Shown: one piece after another, positions 28,024-38,352 of the stretch | Layout: each line of letters starts with the position of its first letter | How positions within the stretch are numbered: the stretch's first letter is position 1 | Source: an uncultured Erysipelotrichaceae bacterium | Lineage (GTDB): Bacteria; Bacillota_I; Bacilli_A; RF39; UBA660 | Direction: 5' to 3' | DNA length: 64,000 nt | Assembly (NCBI GenBank): GCA_902801795.1 | Contig: CADCJQ010000005.1 | Coordinates: 4,414 to 68,413, forward strand | The notes under the pieces: generated by a model | The model's input: only the letters and a program-made list of their open reading frames with translations | Told to the model about the DNA's origin: nothing | Database searches by the model: none | Program-made: the position numbers and the translations under genes

Positions 28024-29930
28024 TTATTTAATTACATAAGGTTTACTTACTGTTCCATCTGCATCATTATCAACTATTGTAGTGCCATTTTTTAGGGATA
28101 AAACTGGACGAAGCCCCCTATTATTCACCAAATTATCACTATATATTGATCCATTCGACAAAATTCTATTCATATAAGACATTCGATCAAAGCTTCGGGG
28201 TGACATTAGATAATAACTTGTCCCAATTGATAAGTAATATGACTCATTCGTCGTATTTTTTTTTCCTCCTGCTAATATTGCTTCATCATCTATCAATAAT
28301 GCTATAGGATAATTCAACATTCCATTTCCTCTTCCGTTTGTCAAAGTAAAAGCATCATTTCTTCGACAATAAAAATTAGGTTTAAATTTCAACGCATCTT
28401 TTGAATAAATTAATACTGCACCTGAGCTAGCATTACCTGCATAACCTCCATTTGGATTTAATCCTCCTAATTGATAAATGCTTCTATCATTACAATATAT
28501 AGTATCTTCTATTCGATTATCAAAATCAGTATTATCAATATTTTCTGCATACCATCTTTCAATTTTATCTTTAGCATTTGAATTAATTATATTTAATTGC
28601 ATTTCGTCTATCGCATCTTTTATACTTTTTCCATCAGATAAAGTAAAATACTCTAGTCCCCAAAAATAATATCTTATACTTAAACATGTTCCATTGCTTG
28701 TTGTTTCATTGCAAGTATAGTGGTGAAATTCATCTATACCTACTTTTGCATCTGTCAATGTATATAAATTGTTAATGTTATCGTATGTATATCCACTTCC
28801 AAAGTATACATTATTTGCTGGTGCTCCAATATTCGTGTCATAAATAGCCCCATACATATACCCATTATATGCTGGTGAATTATTCTTTACATTAAAAGCA
28901 AATTTGTTTGTTTCTGTTCCGTCTATGTTTAATGTCATTAATGTTTCTTCACCAGTATTATCACAATTAGGTGCTTCTTCTGTTCCTTTGTTTTCTCCAT
29001 TATAAATTAATTTAACACCACCTGTATCTGTCGTTCTTACCATTTTCCAACATTTATTGGCAAACAAGACATTATTGTTTTCTACTGCTCCTCTATAATA
29101 CATTACTGGATAGGCATCATTCGCAGTACTACTGAAGGTATATACTCCTTTTCCATTAGTATCACTTGATATATTACTAAAATCTATTCCTGGTGTTGTA
29201 TTATTTACAAAAGTACTATTAATATTATCCATTACTGTTTGTCTTTCAATAATATCATAAAGTGTTTCTTCTACCCATAATCCTTCATTAGCTTCAACTT
29301 TTACTTGAAAACTGATTCCATTTTGTTGTAATGCATTCCATTCTTCTGTTGTTAAATTAACTCTTCCATTTACCCATTCATTCGTTGTTCCCATTAAATC
29401 TGTTTCATTTCCATCATAGGTATCTGATATTGCTATTTTATTTTTATCTAAATATGCTTTAATAGTTATTTTTCCATTTACTCCATTTGCTGTTCCTAAA
29501 GTAGTATTTTGTGGTATATATCCTACTAAGATATTACCATCTCCCATAATTCCATTACCTGATAATCTTTTATATATTTTAGTATCTTTACTTTCTCTTG
29601 CAGTAAAATAATTAGTGTTTTGAGTACCTAATCCTTCTACTGTTACATCTAAGCTTATTGGTACTATTTGACCTGTTGATGTTGTAAGATGAGAGTTTAC
29701 TGCTGATACTAAATATTCAATACCACCTACATAATCAGTATCTCCTTCTACTAATTTGTTAAATTAATTGTTTCTGTTTGCCTTGTTATAAAATTAATTC
29801 TTCCTACTTTTAATGTATTTGCTACTCCTGTTCTTGTATAATTAAAGAAGGCATACGTAATGCTACCTACTGTTAATATTAACGTAAATATTGTTATTAC
29901 TAATAACATTTGTTTTTTACTTTTTATCAT
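28024..29930 (-). pseudogene. Disrupted paralog of 25748..27751 (about 70-nt deletion and frameshift after the signal peptide)
   Basis: ATG 29930 gives MIKSKKQMLLVITIFTLILTVGSITYAFFNYTRTGVANTLKVGRINFITRQTETINLTN then stop. The next frame resumes VEGDTDYVGGIEYLVSAVN... and joins track ORF 28024..29547. Confidence 0.7.
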
Positions 29931-29995
29931 TTTGATTCTCCATATTTTTATAAATTAATACTATCATATTTTGGAATTAAAGTAAATATTTTTTA

Positions 29996-32356
29996 TTATT
30001 CTTCGATTAATTCCTCATCTTCATCTTGTTCCGAATCACTTGTTAAATAAACTTTATTCTTTTCTTCCATATAACAAATATCTTTAAATTCACAATATTT
30101 ACAAGATTCATTTTTTCCTTTAATTATTTTAGGATTAATACTAAAGTCTCCTTCTAAAATATTATTCATCGCATTAATTATTTTATCTTCGGTAATCTTT
30201 AAAATACTATTTATGGCTTCATCACTTAGTGGATGAGCAGAACTACCTAAATTACCATCTTTATTGACTTTCATTCCTTTAATCATTTCACTATTTTCAT
30301 AAGTTGCATCAAATACTTCTAGTCTTTCCATATTATCAGAACTATATCCAACTAATTTTAAATTATCATATTTTTGATCAAGATAACTTTTTTTACCTTT
30401 TTTAATATTTATATTTAAAATATGTTGTAAGTAAAAACCTGTAAACTTCATATTATTTAAAAGATTACTATTATTAACTAAATATAAATATATTGGTAAC
30501 TGCATGGATAAACCAAATTCTAAATTATCAATTTTAATATCAGGATTACCTGTTTTATAATCAATTATACTTACTAATGTTTCCCCATTTTTTTCTTTAT
30601 ACATTATTTTATCGACAAATCCTTTAAAATGAACATAAGGACTATTCTTTAATGTAATATCTATCTTTTCTTCATATAACATTTTATTAAAACCTGTAAT
30701 AAACTGATGTTTTTTTATTACTTCAATAACGTAGGCTAAATCATTTTTTAATTTATTTAAAAAGAATGTTTCTTTATTACTAAATACACGATCTTTTAAA
30801 AATAATTCATATCTTTTATCTAAATCAAAGTCATCATCATTCATATGTCTTAATACATCATGAAATAAATTACCAATAATAGTCATAAAGGTTTCTTCAA
30901 AAATATTAATCTTTAAAATATTACTTAAATAATATTTAAAACCACATTTATAGTAATTATCAATACTACTATAAGATAATGTTAATTCATTATTTAGGTA
31001 ATTAATTAAATTATCTTTATTTATTCCACTAAACTCATTATCATAACTTAAATAATCATTTTCACCATAATTATCATATAACATATCCATATTATTGTTT
31101 TTAATACCAAATTTAACATAATCATCTAAATATGTTGTATATAAGTTTTTATTAGACATTTCAGAATAATTAAAACTTCTTTGATATTCTTTTTCTTCAT
31201 AATCCATATCATCTAATAAAATACTAGGATAATATGAATTAAAGGATGATGTTTCTTTATAGGAAATAGTTAAGTTATTAATACTACTTAGATAATTTAA
31301 AGTATTTTCTTTACTTAATTTATTAATATCACTAACGAAAGGTAAACCAACTAAATCTTTAATATTATCTGTGATATATTCCGTATCTAACATTAATCTT
31401 GGAATACTAGGATTATTAAAACCAACTAAGAAAATATATTCATCATCACCAACATAATCAAAAACATTTTTTATTTTAATGGTATTATCATAGTTTTTAC
31501 TACTTACTTTAGTATTTAATAAATCATACTTTATTAACTCTTTAATATCTTTTAAATCAAAATCATGATATTTATTTAAAAGATTAATTAATATTCCATA
31601 AAGATTATTATCTTGGTAATTATCTAAAAAAGAATTTATTTCTTCCATACTTTTTTCTTCAATAATCATTTGATAAAATTTATTACCAATAACTGTTCCT
31701 AAGATATTATCAGTATTATTTATAGAAAGAGGAATTTGGTAGTAAATAGAATATTTTTTTAATAAGGTATTATATTCACTATCTATATTCATTAAACTAA
31801 TTTTATTAATATCAATACCTTTATTTAGTAAATCAATTATTTGTTGAAAAACCATTTCTACTTCATCATTAATATTTTTTATATTATAGATAGTAAATTT
31901 ATCATTTTTCTTTTCATAATTAATTATTTGAGGTTCATTAAATAAACTTAGTTTCCATTTGTCTAAATTACCATAACCATAAATAACTACTTGATATTTC
32001 TTTAATGTTTTAGAAAATAATTTATCATAAATAAGTAAATGATTATCATCTAATTCTTTTTTTAATTTTACTAAATAATCTAGTTTTTCATTATGATATT
32101 CTTTATCTTCAATATATAATAAATTATCTAAAAAAGTAATGGCATTATCAACTTTCATTCCTTTTTTTACTAAATAATTAATAGTTTTAATATCATAATC
32201 AAATTTTATTTTTTTAATGTATTCTTCCATTGTCATAAACTTAAGAACAAGAAGTTTTTTATTATTACTTAAGTAATTTAAAATAGCTTTCTTATAACTA
32301 TTAGGACATATAATTAATAAATTATTTTTAAGAAATTCAAACATCATTATCACCAT
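29996..32356 (-). CDS. addB: ATP-dependent helicase/nuclease subunit B (AddB/RexB)
   Basis: 786 aa. The C-terminal nuclease has four Fe-S cluster cysteines (CGFKYY... and CKYCEFKDIC) and an IIDYKTG motif. Walker A is degenerate. The true start may be the MMFEF ATGs 9-12 nt downstream of the track start. Confidence 0.85.
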   Translation of the reverse strand: MVIMMFEFLKNNLLIICPNSYKKAILNYLSNNKKLLVLKFMTMEEYIKKIKFDYDIKTINYLVKKGMKVDNAITFLDNLLYIEDKEYHNEKLDYLVKLKKELDDNHLLIYDKLFSKTLKKYQVVIYGYGNLDKWKLSLFNEPQIINYEKKNDKFTIYNIKNINDEVEMVFQQIIDLLNKGIDINKISLMNIDSEYNTLLKKYSIYYQIPLSINNTDNILGTVIGNKFYQMIIEEKSMEEINSFLDNYQDNNLYGILINLLNKYHDFDLKDIKELIKYDLLNTKVSSKNYDNTIKIKNVFDYVGDDEYIFLVGFNNPSIPRLMLDTEYITDNIKDLVGLPFVSDINKLSKENTLNYLSSINNLTISYKETSSFNSYYPSILLDDMDYEEKEYQRSFNYSEMSNKNLYTTYLDDYVKFGIKNNNMDMLYDNYGENDYLSYDNEFSGINKDNLINYLNNELTLSYSSIDNYYKCGFKYYLSNILKINIFEETFMTIIGNLFHDVLRHMNDDDFDLDKRYELFLKDRVFSNKETFFLNKLKNDLAYVIEVIKKHQFITGFNKMLYEEKIDITLKNSPYVHFKGFVDKIMYKEKNGETLVSIIDYKTGNPDIKIDNLEFGLSMQLPIYLYLVNNSNLLNNMKFTGFYLQHILNINIKKGKKSYLDQKYDNLKLVGYSSDNMERLEVFDATYENSEMIKGMKVNKDGNLGSSAHPLSDEAINSILKITEDKIINAMNNILEGDFSINPKIIKGKNESCKYCEFKDICYMEEKNKVYLTSDSEQDEDEELIEE

Positions 32357-32483
32357 TAATATTATACAAAAATAGTATAGATATTTCTATACTATTTGAC
32401 AGAGATAATAATAAACATAAATATTAATAGTATTTCTTTATTATAGTGTAAGAAAGAACACTTGTAAATTTCACTAATATTGC

Positions 32484-32512
32484 TTGACGAGGACAAAAGT
32501 AGTTTCTATAAT
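32484..32512 (+). promoter_or_regulatory. Sigma-A-like promoter for the ORF6N gene
   Basis: TTGACG, a 17-nt spacer, then TATAAT, about 30 nt upstream of the RBS GGGGG. Confidence 0.5.
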
Positions 32513-32544
32513 CATATTAACAATTGCAAAGGGGGAAAATAATT

Positions 32545-33309
32545 ATGTATGAGGTAATTGAAAAAGAAAATGTTGATATTAAAAATTTAATTTATGAAAT
32601 TAATGGTGTTCAGTTCATGCTTGATTCTGATTTAGCAAATCTTTTTGAAGTTGAGACAAAACGAATTAATGAGGCAGTGAAAAATAATCTAGATAAATTT
32701 CCACAAAAATATTCTTGGGTTTTAAATAATGATGAGTGGAATTTTCTAAGGTCGAAATTTTCGACCTTAGAAAATCAACAATCTGGACGAGGACATTATA
32801 GGAAATATTTACCTAGAGTTTTTACAGAGCCAGGAATATATATGTTATCAACAATACTTAAATCTAAAGTAGCAATAAATGCTAGTGTTCGTATTATGGA
32901 TACATTTACAAATATGAGAAAATTTATAAATGAAAATAAAGATGTCTATAAATCAATTAACATCATAAATAATAAATTATTGGAACACGATGAAAAATTT
33001 AACTACTTGTTCTCTAAATTCGACAAAAAAGAGCAATTATTTTTAAAAGACCAAACATATACTGCATATGGAAATATTTTAGAGATATTAAATAGTGCTA
33101 AAGACAACATAATTATTATTGATGAATATGCAGATATTACCTTTTTAGATTTAATTAGAAGTATAAGGTGTAATATTACATTAATTACAAGAGATAGCAA
33201 CAGATTAAGTAATATAGAAATAGAAAAGTATAACAAAGAATATAATAATCTTACTGTTTTTCGAAATAATTCTTTTCATGATAGATTTTTTATATTATAC
33301 CTTAATTAA
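32545..33309 (+). CDS. ORF6N (KilA-N-related) domain protein
   Basis: IYEINGVQFMLDSDLANLFEVETKRINEAVKNN.DKFP...LPRVFTEPGIYMLSTILKSKVAINASVRIMDTF. I prefer the ATG at 32545 after GGGGG to the track's TTG at 32524. Confidence 0.8.
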   Translation: MYEVIEKENVDIKNLIYEINGVQFMLDSDLANLFEVETKRINEAVKNNLDKFPQKYSWVLNNDEWNFLRSKFSTLENQQSGRGHYRKYLPRVFTEPGIYMLSTILKSKVAINASVRIMDTFTNMRKFINENKDVYKSINIINNKLLEHDEKFNYLFSKFDKKEQLFLKDQTYTAYGNILEILNSAKDNIIIIDEYADITFLDLIRSIRCNITLITRDSNRLSNIEIEKYNKEYNNLTVFRNNSFHDRFFILYLN

Positions 33310-33339
33310 ATCTTATTGCCTCATCATTAAAATATCACT

Positions 33340-33840
33340 TTATGCCCAAGGATTTTCACTTTCAGGTTTTCTAATATCTGTAAGTAATCCTATCATCGAA
33401 TCACTCCATACATAATAATTACCATCTTTTGCAAGACGTAGGGTAATAGGCCTTTGGTTATCCGCTCCACCACTAGTTAATAATAATCTTTTATATCCTT
33501 GTTCACTATCAGTATAAGCATTATCACTAACTTCTATTTCATAAGGTATTGTTGGATTATAATCATTACTTGGAATCGCTCCTACAAAATAAGATTTTCC
33601 AATATAAGGATATTTATTATTTTGTAGCATACGATCTTTAATATTTTGTTTCATTAATGCACTAATTGGTTGCATATCTCCCATTAAATAAGTAAGCATA
33701 TCATAGAAATTATTAGTGTTATTTATATCATAATTACAAATTGTATGTACTAATAAAGCCGCTACATTATAGGGATTAGTTCTATCAATATTCATTATTT
33801 CTTCTTTATTCGTTAATATTTTATCAAATTTAATTCTCAT
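33340..33840 (-). CDS. Hypothetical protein (166 aa)
   Basis: ORF track only. I recognise no motif. Confidence 0.5.
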   Translation of the reverse strand: MRIKFDKILTNKEEIMNIDRTNPYNVAALLVHTICNYDINNTNNFYDMLTYLMGDMQPISALMKQNIKDRMLQNNKYPYIGKSYFVGAIPSNDYNPTIPYEIEVSDNAYTDSEQGYKRLLLTSGGADNQRPITLRLAKDGNYYVWSDSMIGLLTDIRKPESENPWA

Positions 33841-33851
33841 TTTCTTCTCCT

Positions 33852-35210
33852 TTATAAATACTTTTTTAATTCATTTTCAAATTCATCTTTTATAACATCT
33901 AAACGTTCTTTGGTTTTTGCTTCAAACCTCATTGTAATATTAGGTCCTGTATTCGAAGCTCTAACAAGTGCAAAACCATCATCATATTTTACTTTAACAC
34001 CGTCAATAGTAATAAAATGATAATCTTTATTTTCACAATAATCTTTCATTTTATCAATTATGAAGAATTTCTTATCATCATCAACTTTTATTTTTATTTC
34101 TGGTGTTGAATAATATTTCTCTAAATTTTCTAAATAACTACTAAGTGGTTTATCACTATTTGATAATAATTCAATTAAACGCATTCCAACATAGATTCCA
34201 TCATCATATCCTGGCCATTTATCTCGAAAATAAACATGACCTGATAATTCTCCACTTAATGGATAATCTCCTTTACTTGAAGCCATTCTTGTATAAGAAT
34301 TCCCAGTTCTGTATTCAATTTTCTTAACACCTAATTTATCTAGTTCATCTTCAAGAGTTTTGGAACATTTAACATCATATAAACATTCTTTTTTATCAAC
34401 TTTATCATATAAATAATCCCACATAATTGCAAGAAATTTATCTATTTCAATAAAGTTTCCTTTTTCATCAACAAAACCAACACGGTCTCCATCACCATCA
34501 TAACCAATACCAACATCGGCTTTTTCTTCTAAAACTTTTTGTTTTAATAATGTTAGATTTTCTTCAACACATGGATCTGGATGATGATTAGGAAAATTAC
34601 CATCTGATATATCAAATAAAGGAATACTATCAATCATTGGTAATCTATTAAAAATATCTCTTGCAATAACACTTGTTGTTCCATTACCACAATCATAAAC
34701 GACTTTAATACGTTTATGAAAGTATAATTTATTAATTACTAAATTAATGTAATCTTCTCTTATATCAATATCTTCTACTTTTCCATGACCATTTTCATAA
34801 TCTTGTTTATCAATTAAATCATAGATTTCTTTAACGGATTCTCCATATGCATTATGAATACCATTATAAGAAAACTTAAATCCATTATATTCTTTGGGAT
34901 TATGTGATGCTGTAATCATCATACTTGTATTCGTTCCTAGGAAATTAGCGGCATAATAACACATTGGTGTGGTAGCAAGTCCTATTCTTTTAACAATAAT
35001 ACCAGTATCTATTAAACCTTTTACTAAACTTTTTTGTAAGTTATCACTTGATAAACGATTATCATAAGCCAATACTGTTTCATGAAGATTTTGTCTTATA
35101 AGTTTAGTACCAAAAGCTCTTCCTATATGATAAGCCGTTTCATCATCCATTTCTTTTCCATATATTCCCCTTATATCATATTCTCGAAAAATATTTTTTA
35201 AAAGTATCAT
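33852..35210 (-). CDS. Phosphomannomutase/phosphoglucomutase (alpha-D-phosphohexomutase family)
   Basis: Active-site TASHNPKEYNGFK, metal loop GYDGDGDR, and sugar loop GELSGH. Confidence 0.9.
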   Translation of the reverse strand: MILLKNIFREYDIRGIYGKEMDDETAYHIGRAFGTKLIRQNLHETVLAYDNRLSSDNLQKSLVKGLIDTGIIVKRIGLATTPMCYYAANFLGTNTSMMITASHNPKEYNGFKFSYNGIHNAYGESVKEIYDLIDKQDYENGHGKVEDIDIREDYINLVINKLYFHKRIKVVYDCGNGTTSVIARDIFNRLPMIDSIPLFDISDGNFPNHHPDPCVEENLTLLKQKVLEEKADVGIGYDGDGDRVGFVDEKGNFIEIDKFLAIMWDYLYDKVDKKECLYDVKCSKTLEDELDKLGVKKIEYRTGNSYTRMASSKGDYPLSGELSGHVYFRDKWPGYDDGIYVGMRLIELLSNSDKPLSSYLENLEKYYSTPEIKIKVDDDKKFFIIDKMKDYCENKDYHFITIDGVKVKYDDGFALVRASNTGPNITMRFEAKTKERLDVIKDEFENELKKYL

Positions 35211-35277
35211 ACTTCCATCCTTTCATAAATTTATTGTATCAAATTTCTAACAAAAAGTCTTTACTTTTAACAAAAAT

Positions 35278-35943
35278 TTAACTTAACAAACTACCTCCAT
35301 ATACTTGTGGTACTTTTCCTTGAATTAATTTAATTGCAATAGGAACATAGTTAGTAATATTAACATAATCGGTACTAAAAGGTAAAATAACCATTAATTC
35401 TACTTTTATTTCAACAGAGACGGTTATTAAAGAATTATTAATACCATACTCCTTAACATCTGTAACAATACCACTAGTAACATTCCCAATCATTTTTAAA
35501 CTAACTGGAATCTTTGGTCCTATTGAACTTATAACACTATTATTAAATAAAATACCACTAGGAACTAAAAAGTATTCTTCACCAATATTAAATTTCTTTT
35601 TTAATTCACTAAATTGATGTTCTTCCACAAGTCTTAAATTATCTTCACAAGCATCACTAATTCGATTAGTTATTTTATTAACAATTCCACTATCTAACGT
35701 TATTGAAATAACTTCTTCTTCCCTACTTTTACTCACGATAAACATCTTATCCAAATCATCTTGTGTTAATGTATCATCTCTAATACTTCGATTAATAATT
35801 GTTGAAGCTACTCTTTTCATTTCACTAATACTATAATCCATTATACGAGGTGCTATTTTACTATTTATAAACATAATTACTAAAATAGATAATATAAAAA
35901 TAATAACAATAATAAAAATAAATATTCCTACTTTTCTTTTCAT
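35278..35943 (-). CDS. yunB: Sporulation protein YunB-like
   Basis: N-terminal TM followed by a ~190-aa domain ending ...GPKIPVSLKMIGNVTSGIVTDVKEYGINNSLITVSVEIKVELMVILPF. The family assignment is from memory. Confidence 0.5.
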   Translation of the reverse strand: MKRKVGIFIFIIVIIFILSILVIMFINSKIAPRIMDYSISEMKRVASTIINRSIRDDTLTQDDLDKMFIVSKSREEEVISITLDSGIVNKITNRISDACEDNLRLVEEHQFSELKKKFNIGEEYFLVPSGILFNNSVISSIGPKIPVSLKMIGNVTSGIVTDVKEYGINNSLITVSVEIKVELMVILPFSTDYVNITNYVPIAIKLIQGKVPQVYGGSLLS

Positions 35944-36030
35944 ATTAAATTATATGTTATCTTTTATTACTTTTTCTTAATAATTTATAAAGAAAAGAAC
36001 TAGACAATTACATCTAGTTCTTATAAATAT

Positions 36031-38151
36031 CTAATCTTTCTTTTTAAAACAATAACTATAGAGAATAAATCCGGTTCCTGCAACTGCTAAAAAGGCAACA
36101 GCAATATAAATGATTTTACTAACATCAAAATCTGTTTTTGGAACTTCGGTAATTGGTTCATGACACTCATCTTGATTAACACCACTAACAAGGCTATATG
36201 CACTATCTTTTTCGTATTTTCCCCAAACATATTTACCTGTTGATATATTCTTGTAACATGCTTCTACTTCCTTTTTAACACAATTAGTTTCAACATCAAT
36301 TGAATCAACTACTTTATAATCATCTGATGGTGGTAGTGCATCCCACTTATAGTCATCATCTTTTGAACTATAATAACAGAATGGCTGACATTTATCCTTG
36401 GAATTAATTTGAGTAATTTCAACTAATTCTGGAATTGTTATTTCTGATTTTCTTTGCCATATATATTCTTTTTTATTATTATCATAGTAGCAGACATCCT
36501 TACAATAATTCACAGAAGAAACACCTTGAACTATTTTATATCCAGTTTTTGGAGAATTAGTCCAATCATATTCTCCTGTACTACTATTGTAATAACATGC
36601 TTCTTCTTTTTCATTTTTTATTGATAAATATGCACTCCTTGTGGCTGACGTTGATCTATTATATAAATTGCTTGCATTTGCTATTGTCATTGTACCTGTA
36701 CTAGATACTGTTACAGTAATTTCCGTTTGATTTAATTTATAACCTGTTGGTGCTTCTATCTCTTTTAGTTTATATGTTCCTGGACTCAATTTTGATAATG
36801 AAAAACCAAACCCTATACCTTTTGTTTCATTATAATTATTTGGTCCTGTAATTTTTATTTTGGCGCCTGTTAAAAAAGCTCCTTTCTCATCAACTTTTAA
36901 TATAGTCAATACATTACATTGTGCTTCTTGTGTATTAGCAACTAGAGTATAATTTGAATTACCTTCATATTTCCCCCAGACATATTTTGCTATTTCACCA
37001 TCTCCTGTTTTTTCTTGATAACATGCTGGAACTTCTTCTAATTTATTCTTTATTGATAAGTATGCATTAATTGTTGGTGTTGTTGATTTTTCATATAAAT
37101 TGCTTGCGTTTGAAACAGTTATTTCTCCAGTATTTGATACAGTCACTTTAATTTCCGTTTGATCTAATATATAACCTGTTGGTGCTACTGTTTCTTTAAT
37201 ATAATATTCACCAGATTCTAAGAATTCTTGTGTATATGGTATTACACCAGTATAAATTGATGTTCCATTTTTTGTTATTGTTACTTTCGCACCTGTTTTT
37301 TCAGTACCATTTTCATCAACCTTTTTTATATACAATCTATTACATTCTGATTGTTGTTTATTCTCTACTAAAGTATAATTCGAATCGCCTTCATATTTCC
37401 CCCACACATATTCAACTATTCCTCCTGGTGCTGTTAACTTTTTATAGCATGCTGGTTCTTCCATTTTTGTGTTTTTTATTGATAAAGTAAGATTATTCGT
37501 AGCTGACACTGATTCACCACTTACCGATATTTCCCCGTCAGGATTTACAAACAATCCAATTGATGTATTATTATTTTCATAACCCGTTGGTGCAACAGTT
37601 TCTACTATTGTATAATTACCAGGAACCAAATTATATAATGCAACACTTCCTATCGTCGCATTTCTACTATAGTTTGGTCCCGTTATTGTTATTGTTGCTC
37701 CACTTAATAAAGTATTCTTATTTTGGCTATCTACTTTTTTTATAATCAAACTATTACATTGTCCATGCGGTATACTTTCTTCTTTAGTATATCCAGGAAC
37801 ACCGTAATAATTCCCCCATTTATAAATTTTCGTACCGCTAGTTGTAGTAGCACTATAACATGCTTCTTCAACAACAGGATTATCAGGATTACAATCATCA
37901 CAACAATCGCTAAGATTAGGAAGTTGATGCATACCATCTGGACAACTGGTTAATCCAGTAGTCGCTTGTGAAATCATTTCTTTATTTGTACCGTCAGTGC
38001 AACATCCAAGCCATTGATTTTGACCACCATCTTCTGTCCAACATTGATCATCATTATCAGCAACTTTTATTTCTGAATGATAATTATTATTAAACCTTAA
38101 TCCTATAAAAACACTTATAAAGAAAATCATTACCAAAACATACTTTTTCAT
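36031..38151 (-). CDS. Cell-surface protein: three SpaA/Cna-B-like prealbumin-fold domains interleaved with seven Cys-bracketed modules, plus a C-terminal anchor
   Basis: Repeats of the form KKVD..G..L.GA.I.ITGPN...PG.Y.I.E..APTGY...T. Modules of the form (A)CY...Y.WGKYEG.SNYTLV....(E/Q)CN. The tail is VPKTDFDVSKIIYIAVAFLAVAGTGFILYSYCFKKKD. Confidence 0.75.
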   Translation of the reverse strand: MKKYVLVMIFFISVFIGLRFNNNYHSEIKVADNDDQCWTEDGGQNQWLGCCTDGTNKEMISQATTGLTSCPDGMHQLPNLSDCCDDCNPDNPVVEEACYSATTTSGTKIYKWGNYYGVPGYTKEESIPHGQCNSLIIKKVDSQNKNTLLSGATITITGPNYSRNATIGSVALYNLVPGNYTIVETVAPTGYENNNTSIGLFVNPDGEISVSGESVSATNNLTLSIKNTKMEEPACYKKLTAPGGIVEYVWGKYEGDSNYTLVENKQQSECNRLYIKKVDENGTEKTGAKVTITKNGTSIYTGVIPYTQEFLESGEYYIKETVAPTGYILDQTEIKVTVSNTGEITVSNASNLYEKSTTPTINAYLSIKNKLEEVPACYQEKTGDGEIAKYVWGKYEGNSNYTLVANTQEAQCNVLTILKVDEKGAFLTGAKIKITGPNNYNETKGIGFGFSLSKLSPGTYKLKEIEAPTGYKLNQTEITVTVSSTGTMTIANASNLYNRSTSATRSAYLSIKNEKEEACYYNSSTGEYDWTNSPKTGYKIVQGVSSVNYCKDVCYYDNNKKEYIWQRKSEITIPELVEITQINSKDKCQPFCYYSSKDDDYKWDALPPSDDYKVVDSIDVETNCVKKEVEACYKNISTGKYVWGKYEKDSAYSLVSGVNQDECHEPITEVPKTDFDVSKIIYIAVAFLAVAGTGFILYSYCFKKKD

Positions 38152-38352
38152 TTTACCTCCAATACCTTAATTCTCTTAAAAATAATAACATTCTGCTATT
38201 ACAGTCACTATTACTATAATCAGTATAGCATAAAAATAATATATTTACAACTTTTTTAATAAAAGTAAATCCTGGCAAAAAATGCGGTAATAAATAGATT
38301 TTGTTAAAATAATTACTTAATAATGATATCCATAATAATAAACTTAATAATA

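Noticed and set aside
32545-33309. Whether the ORF6N protein, together with the neighbouring 166-aa gene, forms a toxin-antitoxin or defence pair.
   Set aside because: The genes are convergent rather than co-oriented. I see no nuclease or toxin motif, and ORF6N genes are common isolated prophage remnants.
37230-37953. Cluster of short ORFs on both strands within the surface-protein gene (37230..37490, 37560..37745, 37723..37953, 37746..37937).
   Set aside because: They are shadow frames of the repetitive 706-aa gene. The long minus-strand frame carries the recognisable domain repeats.
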